Below are positions 17,249-27,800 of a DNA stretch of 64,000 bases, piece after piece. The translations under genes and the position numbers were made by a program. The notes beneath the pieces are model-generated. The model did no database searches. It was not told where the DNA came from and saw nothing but the letters and a program-made list of their open reading frames with translations. The first letter of the stretch is position 1; every line of letters begins with the position of its first letter. The stretch is from a virus: the IMG/VR virus record IMGVR_UViG_3300027509_000012; one strand, 5' to 3'.

Positions 17249-19467
17249 TGCCAATTAGAAAAGGAATAAAAATAAGCAAAGAAGATGCAATTGAATATGA
17301 TCGTTTAATTGCGGAAGCTGAATACGCAGACAGAATTCAGTATGTACTGAAAATAAAATTGAATGGTTTTTACGGCGCACTTTCTAATCAACACTTCAAA
17401 TTTGGTGATAGAACATTGGGTGAATCTACAACTGCTGGTGGGAGACATATAGTAACGCATCAACATCGAAAAGTTAATGAACTTTTGGCTGAAGAATATG
17501 ATGAATTTGGTGATGGTATCATATATGGAGATTCAGTAGCTGGTGATACTATTATAAAAACTTCTACTGAATCATTAAAAATTGAAGAATTATTTACCCA
17601 TATAGATGAAATAAAGAATAATAAAGAATATTGCAATCGTGGTGATATAAAATCATTAACCTTTAATGAAGCCACTCAACAAAATGAATATGGAACTATA
17701 AAATACGTAGTTCGTCATGCAGCAAAAAAACAAATGTATCGCATTCATTATGGAAACTTGCGCTATATTGATGTTTCTGAAGATCATTCTCTTATTGGAT
17801 ATGCTAATACTAAATCAAAAACACCCGGTCAATTAGTCAATGTAAAACCTACAGAAATAGGCAAGAATGGTATTAATAGTATGTTATTGAATACTAATAA
17901 TTTACACACACCAACTGATATTACTGAATATCCAAAAGAGTTATATATATTAATGGGTCTTGTATTGGGTGATGGATATGCCGATAATAAAACAAACGGT
18001 TGTACACATTTGTCCACTGGATCTAAAGATAAAGAAGAAATCGTTAAACATGTATTAAATCCCCTGATAGATGCCGGGTGGATTACTAGTATTGGTCATA
18101 GAAAAAATGATCATGATATTAATTTACACGGTGCAAAATTAAGAGTGTTCTTACGTAATCATTTATATGATGATGAATCTATAATAAAAAAAATTCCTGA
18201 TTTTTTATATAATGATTCAATTGAACATATTGGATTATTTTTAAATGGGTTATTTACCGCTGATGGTACTGTCATCAAGGGGATTCCAAGATTATCTTCA
18301 ATAACGATTAATCATATTACTGGTGCAAATGAACTACTTAAATTGTGTGGTATTGGTTCTAATTTTTGGCAAGAAAATACCGAAAATTCATATGATGGAA
18401 TTAAATCTGGAACATTTAGTATTATTCTTAACGTATATGATGCTGTCAGATTTGAACAACTTGTTGGTTTTTCTTTAATAAGAAAACATAACGCAATTAA
18501 ACTCGATTGTAGTACTAGAAAAATACATTTAATTGGTCAAAATGGTTATACGCATATAACTCCCACTAATATAGAAAAGATAGAATCACCAAAATATATT
18601 TACGATATTGAAGTGGAAAATACCCATATGTTTTATGGTAACGATATATTGTTACACAACACTGATTCAACCTACTTTCATACTTTCACTGATAATACAG
18701 AAGATGCTCGTGAAGTAGGAGATGCTATTGCTGATGGTGTAAATAAATCATTTTCTAAATTCATGAAAGAATCATTCTTAATAAATGATGATTTTGATGG
18801 AATAATTCAGTGTGGCCGTGAGATTGTTTCCAAGCGTGGTATTTTTGTCATGAAAAAGAAATACATGCTTCATCTAGTTGATCTAGATGGTTATGATGTA
18901 GACAAACTAAAAGTAATGGGCTTAGATACAAAGCGAACCACAATCCCAAAAACAATATCCACAAAACTAGAAAAATTCATAGAACGATTGCTTAAAGGTG
19001 AGTCGTGGGATGATATTGAACAAGATATTGTTGATTATAAAGATGAATTATTAACTGGAGAAAGTATTCTGGATATCGGAATACCATCTGGAGTTAATAA
19101 GATAGAAGAATACACACAAGCTCTAAAGCTAGATCCAAAGACTTATTTGCCCGGCACTGTTGCGCCCTGTATACACTATAATCAGTGTAGAGAGCTGCAT
19201 AACGACAATGAGAGTCCCATGATAACTTCTGGAATGAAAACAAAGAAGTTTTTCTTAAAAAAGAAGAATGGTAGATTTGGAACTATTTCATTGCCAACTG
19301 ATATGACAATATACGAAATCCCTGAATGGTTTAAGGATTTTGAAATTGATAAAGACACTCACATGGATCGACTTGTCGATGCTCCAATTAATAATGTTAT
19401 TAAGGCTATTGGTGAAGAATCACCAACAAAGCAAAGTATGCATTTAAAATCTTTATTTGAATTCTAA
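17248..19467 (+). CDS. gp43: Family B DNA polymerase, C-terminal fragment, intein-containing
   Basis: Motif B QYVLKIKLNGFYG; motif C YGD//TDS interrupted; KKKY, KVMGLD. Confidence 0.92.
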   Translation: MPIRKGIKISKEDAIEYDRLIAEAEYADRIQYVLKIKLNGFYGALSNQHFKFGDRTLGESTTAGGRHIVTHQHRKVNELLAEEYDEFGDGIIYGDSVAGDTIIKTSTESLKIEELFTHIDEIKNNKEYCNRGDIKSLTFNEATQQNEYGTIKYVVRHAAKKQMYRIHYGNLRYIDVSEDHSLIGYANTKSKTPGQLVNVKPTEIGKNGINSMLLNTNNLHTPTDITEYPKELYILMGLVLGDGYADNKTNGCTHLSTGSKDKEEIVKHVLNPLIDAGWITSIGHRKNDHDINLHGAKLRVFLRNHLYDDESIIKKIPDFLYNDSIEHIGLFLNGLFTADGTVIKGIPRLSSITINHITGANELLKLCGIGSNFWQENTENSYDGIKSGTFSIILNVYDAVRFEQLVGFSLIRKHNAIKLDCSTRKIHLIGQNGYTHITPTNIEKIESPKYIYDIEVENTHMFYGNDILLHNTDSTYFHTFTDNTEDAREVGDAIADGVNKSFSKFMKESFLINDDFDGIIQCGREIVSKRGIFVMKKKYMLHLVDLDGYDVDKLKVMGLDTKRTTIPKTISTKLEKFIERLLKGESWDDIEQDIVDYKDELLTGESILDIGIPSGVNKIEEYTQALKLDPKTYLPGTVAPCIHYNQCRELHNDNESPMITSGMKTKKFFLKKKNGRFGTISLPTDMTIYEIPEWFKDFEIDKDTHMDRLVDAPINNVIKAIGEESPTKQSMHLKSLFEF
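17533..18660 (+). mobile_element. Intein (376 aa) with LAGLIDADG homing endonuclease in polymerase motif C
   Basis: Begins SVAGDT; block B 'VSEDHSL'; LMGLVLGDG and FLNGLFTADG; ends 'YDIEV...LHN' before Thr+1. Removal restores YGDTDS. Confidence 0.93.
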
Positions 19468-19486
19468 GAACTGGTATACTTATATA

Positions 19487-20209
19487 ATGACTAAAATTAA
19501 TTCTGAAGTAACTAAATTTTTAACAGAAGCAGTGAAAACCGCTCATTCAGTGAATGTGCCTAATATCGTTATAGATCAAGATGGTCTACGTGGCTTAGAT
19601 CCAAATAGTAAATTAGTTGTCATACTAAAGCCTGTTATCGATATCAAACTTCCATTTGAGTCATTGGCATTAGGTGATGTATCTAAATTTCTACAACGAA
19701 TGATGATTCACCAAGATAATGATGCTAGCGAAATTTCTTTAGATCAAGATGATAATGGTGGTGTTAAATTAATTAAATTCAAATCAAAAGGTTTGAATAT
19801 AGAATATCGTTGTGTTAAAGCTGCTCTATTCAATAAAATTATACCTAAAAAAGTAAATGATACTTATATTGGTGTTATTACATTAGATGATAATGCAGTT
19901 GAAATGTTAAAGAAGGGTGCTAATACGATGAAATCTGAGCACGTTCTTTTCTATAAACCCAAAGAAGAAAATTCAGTTCAATTTGTATTAAAGGATGATA
20001 CTAAGAGTGAATTCACCTTTGATATAGAAGAAGATTTTTTAAGTATAGAGGAAGATGTAGACATTACATTTGCTAATAATTATCCAGTGAAGACAATTCT
20101 TTCTGCCATGAATGACGCCGACAATTTAGAATTATTAATAGGAGAGAGCGGTACATTAACAATTAAAAAGAATGGTATCGATATTGTCATACCACGGAGA
20201 CTAGTATAA
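19487..20209 (+). CDS. gp45: Sliding clamp (gp45-like)
   Basis: About 240 aa directly after the polymerase; 'LALGDVSKFL', 'IEYRC' pattern; ATG at 19487 preferred over TTG 19457. Confidence 0.6.
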   Translation: MTKINSEVTKFLTEAVKTAHSVNVPNIVIDQDGLRGLDPNSKLVVILKPVIDIKLPFESLALGDVSKFLQRMMIHQDNDASEISLDQDDNGGVKLIKFKSKGLNIEYRCVKAALFNKIIPKKVNDTYIGVITLDDNAVEMLKKGANTMKSEHVLFYKPKEENSVQFVLKDDTKSEFTFDIEEDFLSIEEDVDITFANNYPVKTILSAMNDADNLELLIGESGTLTIKKNGIDIVIPRRLV

Positions 20210-20811
20210 TGAATGACCAACACGATTTAACACCGAAGGATGTTGAGGATGATACTCCCTTAATGTCTGAAGCAATGAAAGCAGATCCAGATGATGTACA
20301 GATGGATGTAAATGTTAATTTAAATGAACCTGTATCAGAAGATGATACTCCATTAATGTCAGAAGCCATAGAAAATTCTGATTCAGCCGATATAGACGTA
20401 AATGTAGAAAATCTTAAAGAATCTACATCCGAATCAGTAGAAGGGTTTTCCGAAGTAGGAGAATACATGAAAACTTCTGATGTTCAATCTTATATACAGG
20501 CAGAATTCGAACGTATCTATAAATCTAAATCTACACAAGCTCAAATGGAGATAGATGCACGTAGAGCAATCGAAGATGCTTCTAGGGAAGCATTTGTCGG
20601 ATTGATGAAAGATTCTCCTGAACCGTGGGTTGAAATGACATCATTTAGAATAGACGATAATGGACAAATTCGTACTGAAGTTGATTGGAACGATGCATTC
20701 ATTGCCGAATTAAAAAGAAACAAGTATGAAGGAATTACTGATGAAGAATTAGTTCAGAAGTGGCTTCTCATTATTTTAGCACAAACATCTGAAGGGATTG
20801 CGGAGGAATAA
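20209..20811 (+). CDS. Hypothetical protein with duplicated acidic N-terminal motif
   Basis: EDDTPLMSEA occurs twice; C-terminal 'EPWV...DWNDAFI..L' domain. Confidence 0.65.
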   Translation: MNDQHDLTPKDVEDDTPLMSEAMKADPDDVQMDVNVNLNEPVSEDDTPLMSEAIENSDSADIDVNVENLKESTSESVEGFSEVGEYMKTSDVQSYIQAEFERIYKSKSTQAQMEIDARRAIEDASREAFVGLMKDSPEPWVEMTSFRIDDNGQIRTEVDWNDAFIAELKRNKYEGITDEELVQKWLLIILAQTSEGIAEE

Positions 20812-21734
20812 TGCGATATTTAATATTTGATGTAAGTAATATTTTACATAAAACCTTTTATGCTCATACTACTGAGGATGATATCACTATTGGTGGTATT
20901 GCTGCTCATAGTGCATTGCTTACGATAAACAAATATTTCAATCTTTATAAACCAGATAAAATCATAATGGCGTTTGATCGTTATTCATGGAGACATGATT
21001 ACACTGCTTCTGATAAATGTATAAGTGGTTTAAAATATAAAGGTGAGCGTCGTAAAAATCAAACACCAAAACAAGAAGAAAAGTATAAACTATTCAAACA
21101 ACATGTAGATGACTTCGAAGATTTAATAGATAAACATACTAAGATAATCAATTTGGCTGCTGATGGTTTAGAAGCTGATGATATTATTTCTGGATGTGTG
21201 CAGACGTTAACTCTAGAAGAAGAAAATGAAGTTTTAATAGTAAGTGCAGATAAGGATTTTATGCAACTTCTTCGCTATGACAATGTACATTTAATAGATC
21301 CTGCTACTGGTGATGAGCGAGACTTATCAGAATATAACAATGATGCTGATTATTTTATGTTTATCAAATGCTTTCGTGGTGAAGGTGCCGGTGGTGATAA
21401 TGTGCAAAGTGCTTATCCTAGAGTAAGAATCAAGAAGCTAGAAGAAGCTTGGAGAGATGAGTTTGCACGTCAAACGATAATGGAACATAAATGGGAACAT
21501 CCCATTTCTGGTAAGAAATTTGTAGTGAAGGATCTACATAAAGAGAATCGATTGCTAATGGATCTAGAAGCCCAACCAGAGGATATAGAAGAATTAATTT
21601 TTGATACTGTAACTGATGGTCTTGCCAGAAAGAAGAAGTTTGATTTCTTTGAATTTCTAAAATTTTGCGGTAAATTTGATCTTAAAAAAGTACAAGAAGG
21701 ATCTGATCATTATATAGATATGTTGTCTCTGTAA
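20811..21734 (+). CDS. rnh: RNase H / 5'-3' flap exonuclease (T4 rnh-like)
   Basis: IFDVSN, AFD, YKGER, EADDII, SADKDFMQL, GDNV. Confidence 0.88.
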   Translation: MRYLIFDVSNILHKTFYAHTTEDDITIGGIAAHSALLTINKYFNLYKPDKIIMAFDRYSWRHDYTASDKCISGLKYKGERRKNQTPKQEEKYKLFKQHVDDFEDLIDKHTKIINLAADGLEADDIISGCVQTLTLEEENEVLIVSADKDFMQLLRYDNVHLIDPATGDERDLSEYNNDADYFMFIKCFRGEGAGGDNVQSAYPRVRIKKLEEAWRDEFARQTIMEHKWEHPISGKKFVVKDLHKENRLLMDLEAQPEDIEELIFDTVTDGLARKKKFDFFEFLKFCGKFDLKKVQEGSDHYIDMLSL

Positions 21735-21815
21735 TATTTGTCAGGATCGCCCTATTTTTTTGATGCTAAATAAAAGTATAATAACAAAAACATCTATTTT
21801 TAGGAGATACATAAA

Positions 21816-22253
21816 ATGGCACGTACTAGACCATTAGAAATTTTTAAAACAAACATTCCACATGTAGTTCGTATGGATATCGATGACGATGGTGTAACCC
21901 ATGAATGTGCCGTTGTTAAACAAGATCAACATGGTAATATAATTTATATCAAGATATCTTCATTAGATATGATTGATAGAGAGCGTCTTGGTAAGGTGCT
22001 ACGCAATCGATTTGCTGCTCAACTACCATTATGGGATCTTCTAAGTCAAACTACATTAAAAAATGGTGTAAATGCTTTGGACTATTTTCATCAGGTAGTA
22101 GCTGGAATTAATTCAGATGGAAATAAATTCATACCTAGAGTTGGTACTGCTGGATATACTTCAGTAAACCACACTTTACAGGGACAAGCGCAAACTGCTG
22201 CAACTCAAGCTGCACACGCAGAAGCTAAAAAGGCTGAAGCTAGCTCTGAATAA
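21816..22253 (+). CDS. Hypothetical protein
   Basis: AGGAG SD, TAAATA upstream, terminator downstream. Confidence 0.7.
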   Translation: MARTRPLEIFKTNIPHVVRMDIDDDGVTHECAVVKQDQHGNIIYIKISSLDMIDRERLGKVLRNRFAAQLPLWDLLSQTTLKNGVNALDYFHQVVAGINSDGNKFIPRVGTAGYTSVNHTLQGQAQTAATQAAHAEAKKAEASSE

Positions 22254-22278
22254 TAATTAATTTTTAATTATGTAAATG

Positions 22279-22307
22279 AAAAGGCCAGATTATTTCTGGC
22301 CTTTTTT
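22279..22307. terminator. Bidirectional intrinsic terminator
   Basis: AAAAGGCCAGA-TTATT-TCTGGCCTTTTTT between convergent genes. Confidence 0.85.
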
Positions 22308-22316
22308 GTGGGTTAT

Positions 22317-23486
22317 TTAAACAGTTCGACCGACTGAAACAGTCAATGTATACGTTATGGTTATTTCGCGGGATTCACTTTTAAATATTGGTGTGAAAAT
22401 TAAATGTGTAAGCAATCGCTCACCTTCTAAATCCGAATCTGCGACATTATTCTGAACACCAGCGGCTTCACCTGTTACTGGAGTTAATATAACACCACCC
22501 AACGCTGTAAATAAGTCTGCTGCTGAGCTATCAGCGGTTGGTGCCACAACAACTGACGATGTTGCTCCTGTGCTTCCACTGAGGAATTGTAGGAATCCAA
22601 AGGTTTCTGCGCTTCGAGTAGTTGTAAAACCAGTGCTTCCATCATCAGAAATTTTAATAACAGAACCAGCAGGTAATGGAGATGTTGACCAATCAGAATT
22701 CCATGCTGAATCGCCAGAATTAATTGCTTCTACCAAATCACCATATAAAATCTCACCACTATCACCAGATCCTGCGACTGGCGTAAATGGTATTTCAAGT
22801 TGAGTTCCACTGGTATCTACTTCAATACGAAAACTATATTTCTGACCTACTATTAATCCTGTATCATCAGTAGAAGATTTGGTGCCAACGTTGATATTGG
22901 CATAACCTATGCTGTCAGCCACTCCACGGCCCGATGTGTAGAGTCCTAGCTCATCAAAAGAGAATGATCCGTCTACAGCACTAACGCTCTGAGAGAGCTG
23001 TCCTTGTGGCTCATTGGCATTTAATATCGAAGTTATAACGACTTCGGACGTAATACCTAGATCATTTGATACTACACCAGTACCAAAATCGGCAGTTGGG
23101 TCAGATCCACCACCAGCTCTTGAACCAGATGAATCAGATGAACCTAAATCTTGGCCTAATAGTGAATTTGAATCATCAATTACTTCTGAATAGGTTTCAT
23201 TATATAATCGACTGTTCCAAGTTCTAACATCTGGTGGCTGTCCATCATTTGGTGTTCTAAAGGATACATTAAAACTGGCATCCGTTGATGTTCCACCATT
23301 ACCTAGAGCTATACGGAAAATACTAGAATTATCTTCATTCGATAATGCTCTAGCTATGATTCTAGCCAAGTTTTGTGGATGTACTGCATTTTTCTTGTCT
23401 AGTAAAACTTTGCCAGCATCATCTTTAATTAATACGTGACCTTCTACTCCGACTCCTAAAGTTTCATTTGCTGTGTTTTTTGTCAT
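22317..23486 (-). CDS. Virion structural protein (baseplate/tail)
   Basis: 'VEGHVLIKD...KKNAV', 'FDELGLY', 'LLTHLIFTPIFKS...ITYTL'; lies in the tail operon. Confidence 0.65.
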   Translation of the reverse strand: MTKNTANETLGVGVEGHVLIKDDAGKVLLDKKNAVHPQNLARIIARALSNEDNSSIFRIALGNGGTSTDASFNVSFRTPNDGQPPDVRTWNSRLYNETYSEVIDDSNSLLGQDLGSSDSSGSRAGGGSDPTADFGTGVVSNDLGITSEVVITSILNANEPQGQLSQSVSAVDGSFSFDELGLYTSGRGVADSIGYANINVGTKSSTDDTGLIVGQKYSFRIEVDTSGTQLEIPFTPVAGSGDSGEILYGDLVEAINSGDSAWNSDWSTSPLPAGSVIKISDDGSTGFTTTRSAETFGFLQFLSGSTGATSSVVVAPTADSSAADLFTALGGVILTPVTGEAAGVQNNVADSDLEGERLLTHLIFTPIFKSESREITITYTLTVSVGRTV

Positions 23487-23504
23487 TTTAATATATACTC
23501 TGTT

Positions 23505-24821
23505 TTAAGTTGATTCTAGCCAGCCGCCACCAATAGAATCTATTAATGTGGATGATACTGTAATATTGCTTGTTTGTCCAATTACTTCTATGTCTACAAT
23601 TGTGTGGTTTCCATCATTAGATTCAGAATTAATTGCATTCACCACATCACCATTTTTAAAATACTTACTTACATCGCCATTGACTGTAAATGTATCAGTA
23701 TTAATAACTTCTCTAATAACATATTGAGCGCCATCAATTACGTCATCAGTTCCAACCTCACCCCAGCTAAACGAAATACTTTCTGATAGAGAAGTTTGAA
23801 CTAATCCTTCTGCTTGATCACTAGTAGTTGAATTTGCATTAGCATAAGCTTCATCAATACCATAGAATTTCTCTATTACTTTAGAATTAGCGTAATCATC
23901 ATCTGGATCGATTGTTTCATTAACTCTGATTATAGTCTTATCCGTAGATGCATTATAATAAGTTGCTGCTACAGTAAATTCTCTAGTTTGTTCATTTTCT
24001 AAAAGAGCTACTAACTTAGCTCCAAACGGATATTCTTTTGCAACATCTTCAAATAATAAAATAGAATTTGTATACGTACCATCTTCTATACTTTCATTAG
24101 GTTCAGAACCAACCGTGGTATCTTCAGGGTATGGTAATGGTGCACCGCCCGGTGGTACACTAGTATAAGCAATCTGTTTAGTATTCCCATAACCAGTTAT
24201 AATTGAATGAATGTCTACTGGTTTTATTTGCACAATAGCAGCGTATTCTTCATCGTCACCTAGTGGTGGAATTGCTGATGTATCTTCTAAATCAGTTGTC
24301 ATTTTAAGTAACGTTACAGGATTATTTAAAATACCAAGTATCTGACCAGTTGGTACATATGTAGAAGAAGCTATTACATATTCCGTTTGAACACCAGTCG
24401 TTCTTTCACCAGTTGTAATGTCAATTGCATACAAATCAACTTCTATAGTTCTCCCAGCTCTATAAACAGCCGTTTGATTATCTGGTATTGATACTGAATT
24501 ATTTGAAACATTGTAACTAGGATGGGTTGTGTCAAATGCACCATCTTCTAATGATTGATTAATTGATACTACAGGCCATCCATCAGATGTACCATAACCA
24601 CCTTGACCGAATGTTCCATTTAAAGAATTTAACAATGATGCATTAGTAACGTTGGCTCGACTTGAAATAACAATACCAAAATTAGTAATTAAACTTTCTG
24701 TTATAGCTACCTTTATATCTTCATCATGCACATACTCAGTTAATACCTCTATCACCTTAGAGTGATATGGTTTTATTTCATTTGCATAGTTTATTAAACC
24801 ATTAATTGGATCAGTCATCAA
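23505..24821 (-). CDS. Virion structural protein
   Basis: 'YANEIKPYHSKV' N-terminus, beta-rich; tail operon. Confidence 0.6.
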   Translation of the reverse strand: MMTDPINGLINYANEIKPYHSKVIEVLTEYVHDEDIKVAITESLITNFGIVISSRANVTNASLLNSLNGTFGQGGYGTSDGWPVVSINQSLEDGAFDTTHPSYNVSNNSVSIPDNQTAVYRAGRTIEVDLYAIDITTGERTTGVQTEYVIASSTYVPTGQILGILNNPVTLLKMTTDLEDTSAIPPLGDDEEYAAIVQIKPVDIHSIITGYGNTKQIAYTSVPPGGAPLPYPEDTTVGSEPNESIEDGTYTNSILLFEDVAKEYPFGAKLVALLENEQTREFTVAATYYNASTDKTIIRVNETIDPDDDYANSKVIEKFYGIDEAYANANSTTSDQAEGLVQTSLSESISFSWGEVGTDDVIDGAQYVIREVINTDTFTVNGDVSKYFKNGDVVNAINSESNDGNHTIVDIEVIGQTSNITVSSTLIDSIGGGWLEST

Positions 24822-27800
24822 AGAACCTCTGTGTTTCTAATACCTTAACACCATAAACCGAAATCATTGATGTTTTAAGGAATTTTTCATATTTATTTTT
24901 TAATGATAACGCATCATTTAATATTAAAAAGAATATTCTATTAATATCTTCAGATTTAAATGTGTTATACATATTTTCCATTAACGTAACGATATCATCT
25001 GGCGTATCAAATGAATTTAACGTTAAGAAGCTTGATATATCAATACCAATAAATTCATTTTCCAAATTATTTAAATCTGCTAGTATTGTATTAATAGCTA
25101 TTGTACCATCAGTGAATGATTGACCAGTTTTAATCCCAAATCTAGTATCAGAACCAGTTTGTTGATCGTATATAGATCTATCAATGCTAGGAACTCTCAC
25201 AGAACTATCAGTTAGAGTATATCCAATCATACTTTCTGTGATTTTATCCCATAACTCTCTATCTACTTTAAAATTCTGGTGCTCTCTAAATAACTTCCAC
25301 TCTTTATGTAGATTTTTATTATTAATATCACTCGAAGAATCATCTTGAGTAAAATCCTTTCTGAATCTAACAGTATATCTATTTGATTCCGATATATACG
25401 ATCTGATGTTTCTAATAATCGCCTGCGTATAACGAGCTGGCAATACTGTAGAATCTGTTGCACGTTCAGATGTATATTCCAAAGATATATTTGAATCGAC
25501 AGGTAAATCAACCATTATATCAATATTTCTAGCAGTATCATCAAGTCTATATTGTGAATCAACATTAAGTTCGGTTCCATTAACCGACAGTTTAAAATAA
25601 ACTGGTGTTTCATCAGAAACATATTTTATAGGAACACTTAAATTCATATAAAGTCCACCAATGTTAGCTCTATTCGGTCTTATAGTAAAACCAGTCCCAG
25701 CACCAGTAGTGGAAGCCTGAGTCAATACTTGATGTTGAGTTACTAAGTCACCAGTATATGTGATAGTAAAACCATTAACTTTGCCAACCGGAACTAATGT
25801 TGTTATTTCTACTGTAGCACCGTTGGATAGAGTTACTTCATCACCAACTTCATAATTAGAACCAGTTGTGAATATTCCATTAAATCCAGAACCATCATAT
25901 TTAGATTGAGTATCTAATTGCAAAGCAGATACAGTATTTTCTCGTAGTTTTGTTGATACATTATCATTAAAAGATACTACATATTCTTCTGTTTCAACAG
26001 ATAATACTTTTGATCGAGCTACTGGCTTCTGTAGAACAATATAAGGATAATCTACATTGGACCATGTGTTTTCTATATTTTTTGGTGAAATATTTTTATT
26101 TCTAGATCTAGTAAGTTTATTTTTAACCCAGAAATAATAGTTTGTTATTTCAGAACCATTTTTATTGAATGATGTTTTTTCCGTGTATTCATAACCCACT
26201 TGAACAATCTCTAATTCGAGAGCAGTTTCAAGTTCTTCTTCAGTATATGAATGTTCGTGAAGTAAAACAACAGTATCTTTTTCTGTTAGACCATCTACGG
26301 TCACAACTAAATCAGCTTCGGGTACAGGCATTTCTATATTAGATGTTTTTAATATTCCATTAACAATGATATCATAGGTTCTAGTACCAAAAATCGGGCT
26401 ATTTAAAAAATCTTCATCTAATGGGAATTCAAATTCACCAGACGTTCCAGTTGAGACACCACTTTCTAATACAGTAAATTCTCTCACTTCATTTTTCAAT
26501 CTTTGTAATTCAAAAGGAACATCTACATCATCTGTTAAAACTTTACGATAAACAATTCTATCAGCATTACCAGATAGACGATTAAATTCTCTAATATCAG
26601 CATCACCTTCTTCAGCTTCCGCTATTTCATCGTATTCACTTGGATGTACTGGTGATTCAACCCATTCCCATGCAGTCAATCTAGAATTGTATGCTTGCTT
26701 ACCCCAGTAACGTAATCTATCATCTACATTAGAGAATACTGATTCGTCGTAATAAGGCATATAGCTTAATTCAGATGTATCTACCCAAATAGTTCCAACT
26801 TCATGTTTACCCCAGAAATCTTTGTTTATAAATTCATCAACTGGAGTTTCATCTATTATGTTGTCCAATTTAGTAGTTGTTGTTGCTGGATTGTATTCAG
26901 AGATTATATCAATAGCATTAATAATTAAAGTATTATACATACCACGAGCAGGATCGAATAGATTAAGATTACTAACAACCGTATCTGATTTATTGTCAAT
27001 CAATTTAGATGCATTGTTTGATTCGAAATTAGGCTGTGTTCCATACATAACTATTTTAGCAGACGTTGAAAAGAGTTCGTTGCTTTTAAAACGAACTGCA
27101 TTTGAATTAATTTGTAAGTAGTGCAAATCACTGATCAAAATAGAATCATTGTATGACACTTCGATTACATCCCCAGCAACTAAAGGTTTAGTAAATTTAA
27201 CTTTATCAGAAAATACAGTGGTGCCAGATGTATTTGTTGCTACATAATAATCTGTGGTTTCTTCTAAGATCAAACCATTTTTAACGACTATTACTGGGCT
27301 GGTAAATGGCAATACCTTATTTCGTATTGTCAAAGTATTAGTATCGACAGTAAAATCTGAGTCATCATATCGATCATACGCATCATAACCAAAATCAACC
27401 GTGATTATTAATTGATCAGATTTGAAATTGTGTATAATCAATGGTGCATCTTGAGATACTAATGATGTATTATCTAATTCAATAGATTTATTAGCTAATG
27501 ATTCAAAATACATTACCAATCCATTATCTGAAAGAGTTGCAAATTGATCGGGTTGGCGATACCAACGTTCATTGTCATTTATCGTAATTGGCGTGAATCC
27601 TACTTCAGATGTCAAATCAGTACCATCAGTAGCATCGAAAGAGATAACGTCATATGGGTTGTTATCGAGGCCGGGTGTGCTGATAGATGCGTTTTCAACA
27701 AATTCTAATTTAATATTGTTGTCAGTTACATCTTCAACACCCACAAATAGTTCTGGATATTCTTGTTCTTCAACCGAACCATACTCTGCTACTTCGTAAG

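Noticed and set aside
17200-17300. Split intein joining the polymerase halves (or the RNR halves)
   Set aside because: There is no intein N-terminal block at the fragment ends and no HN-C/S/T motif near the fragment starts.
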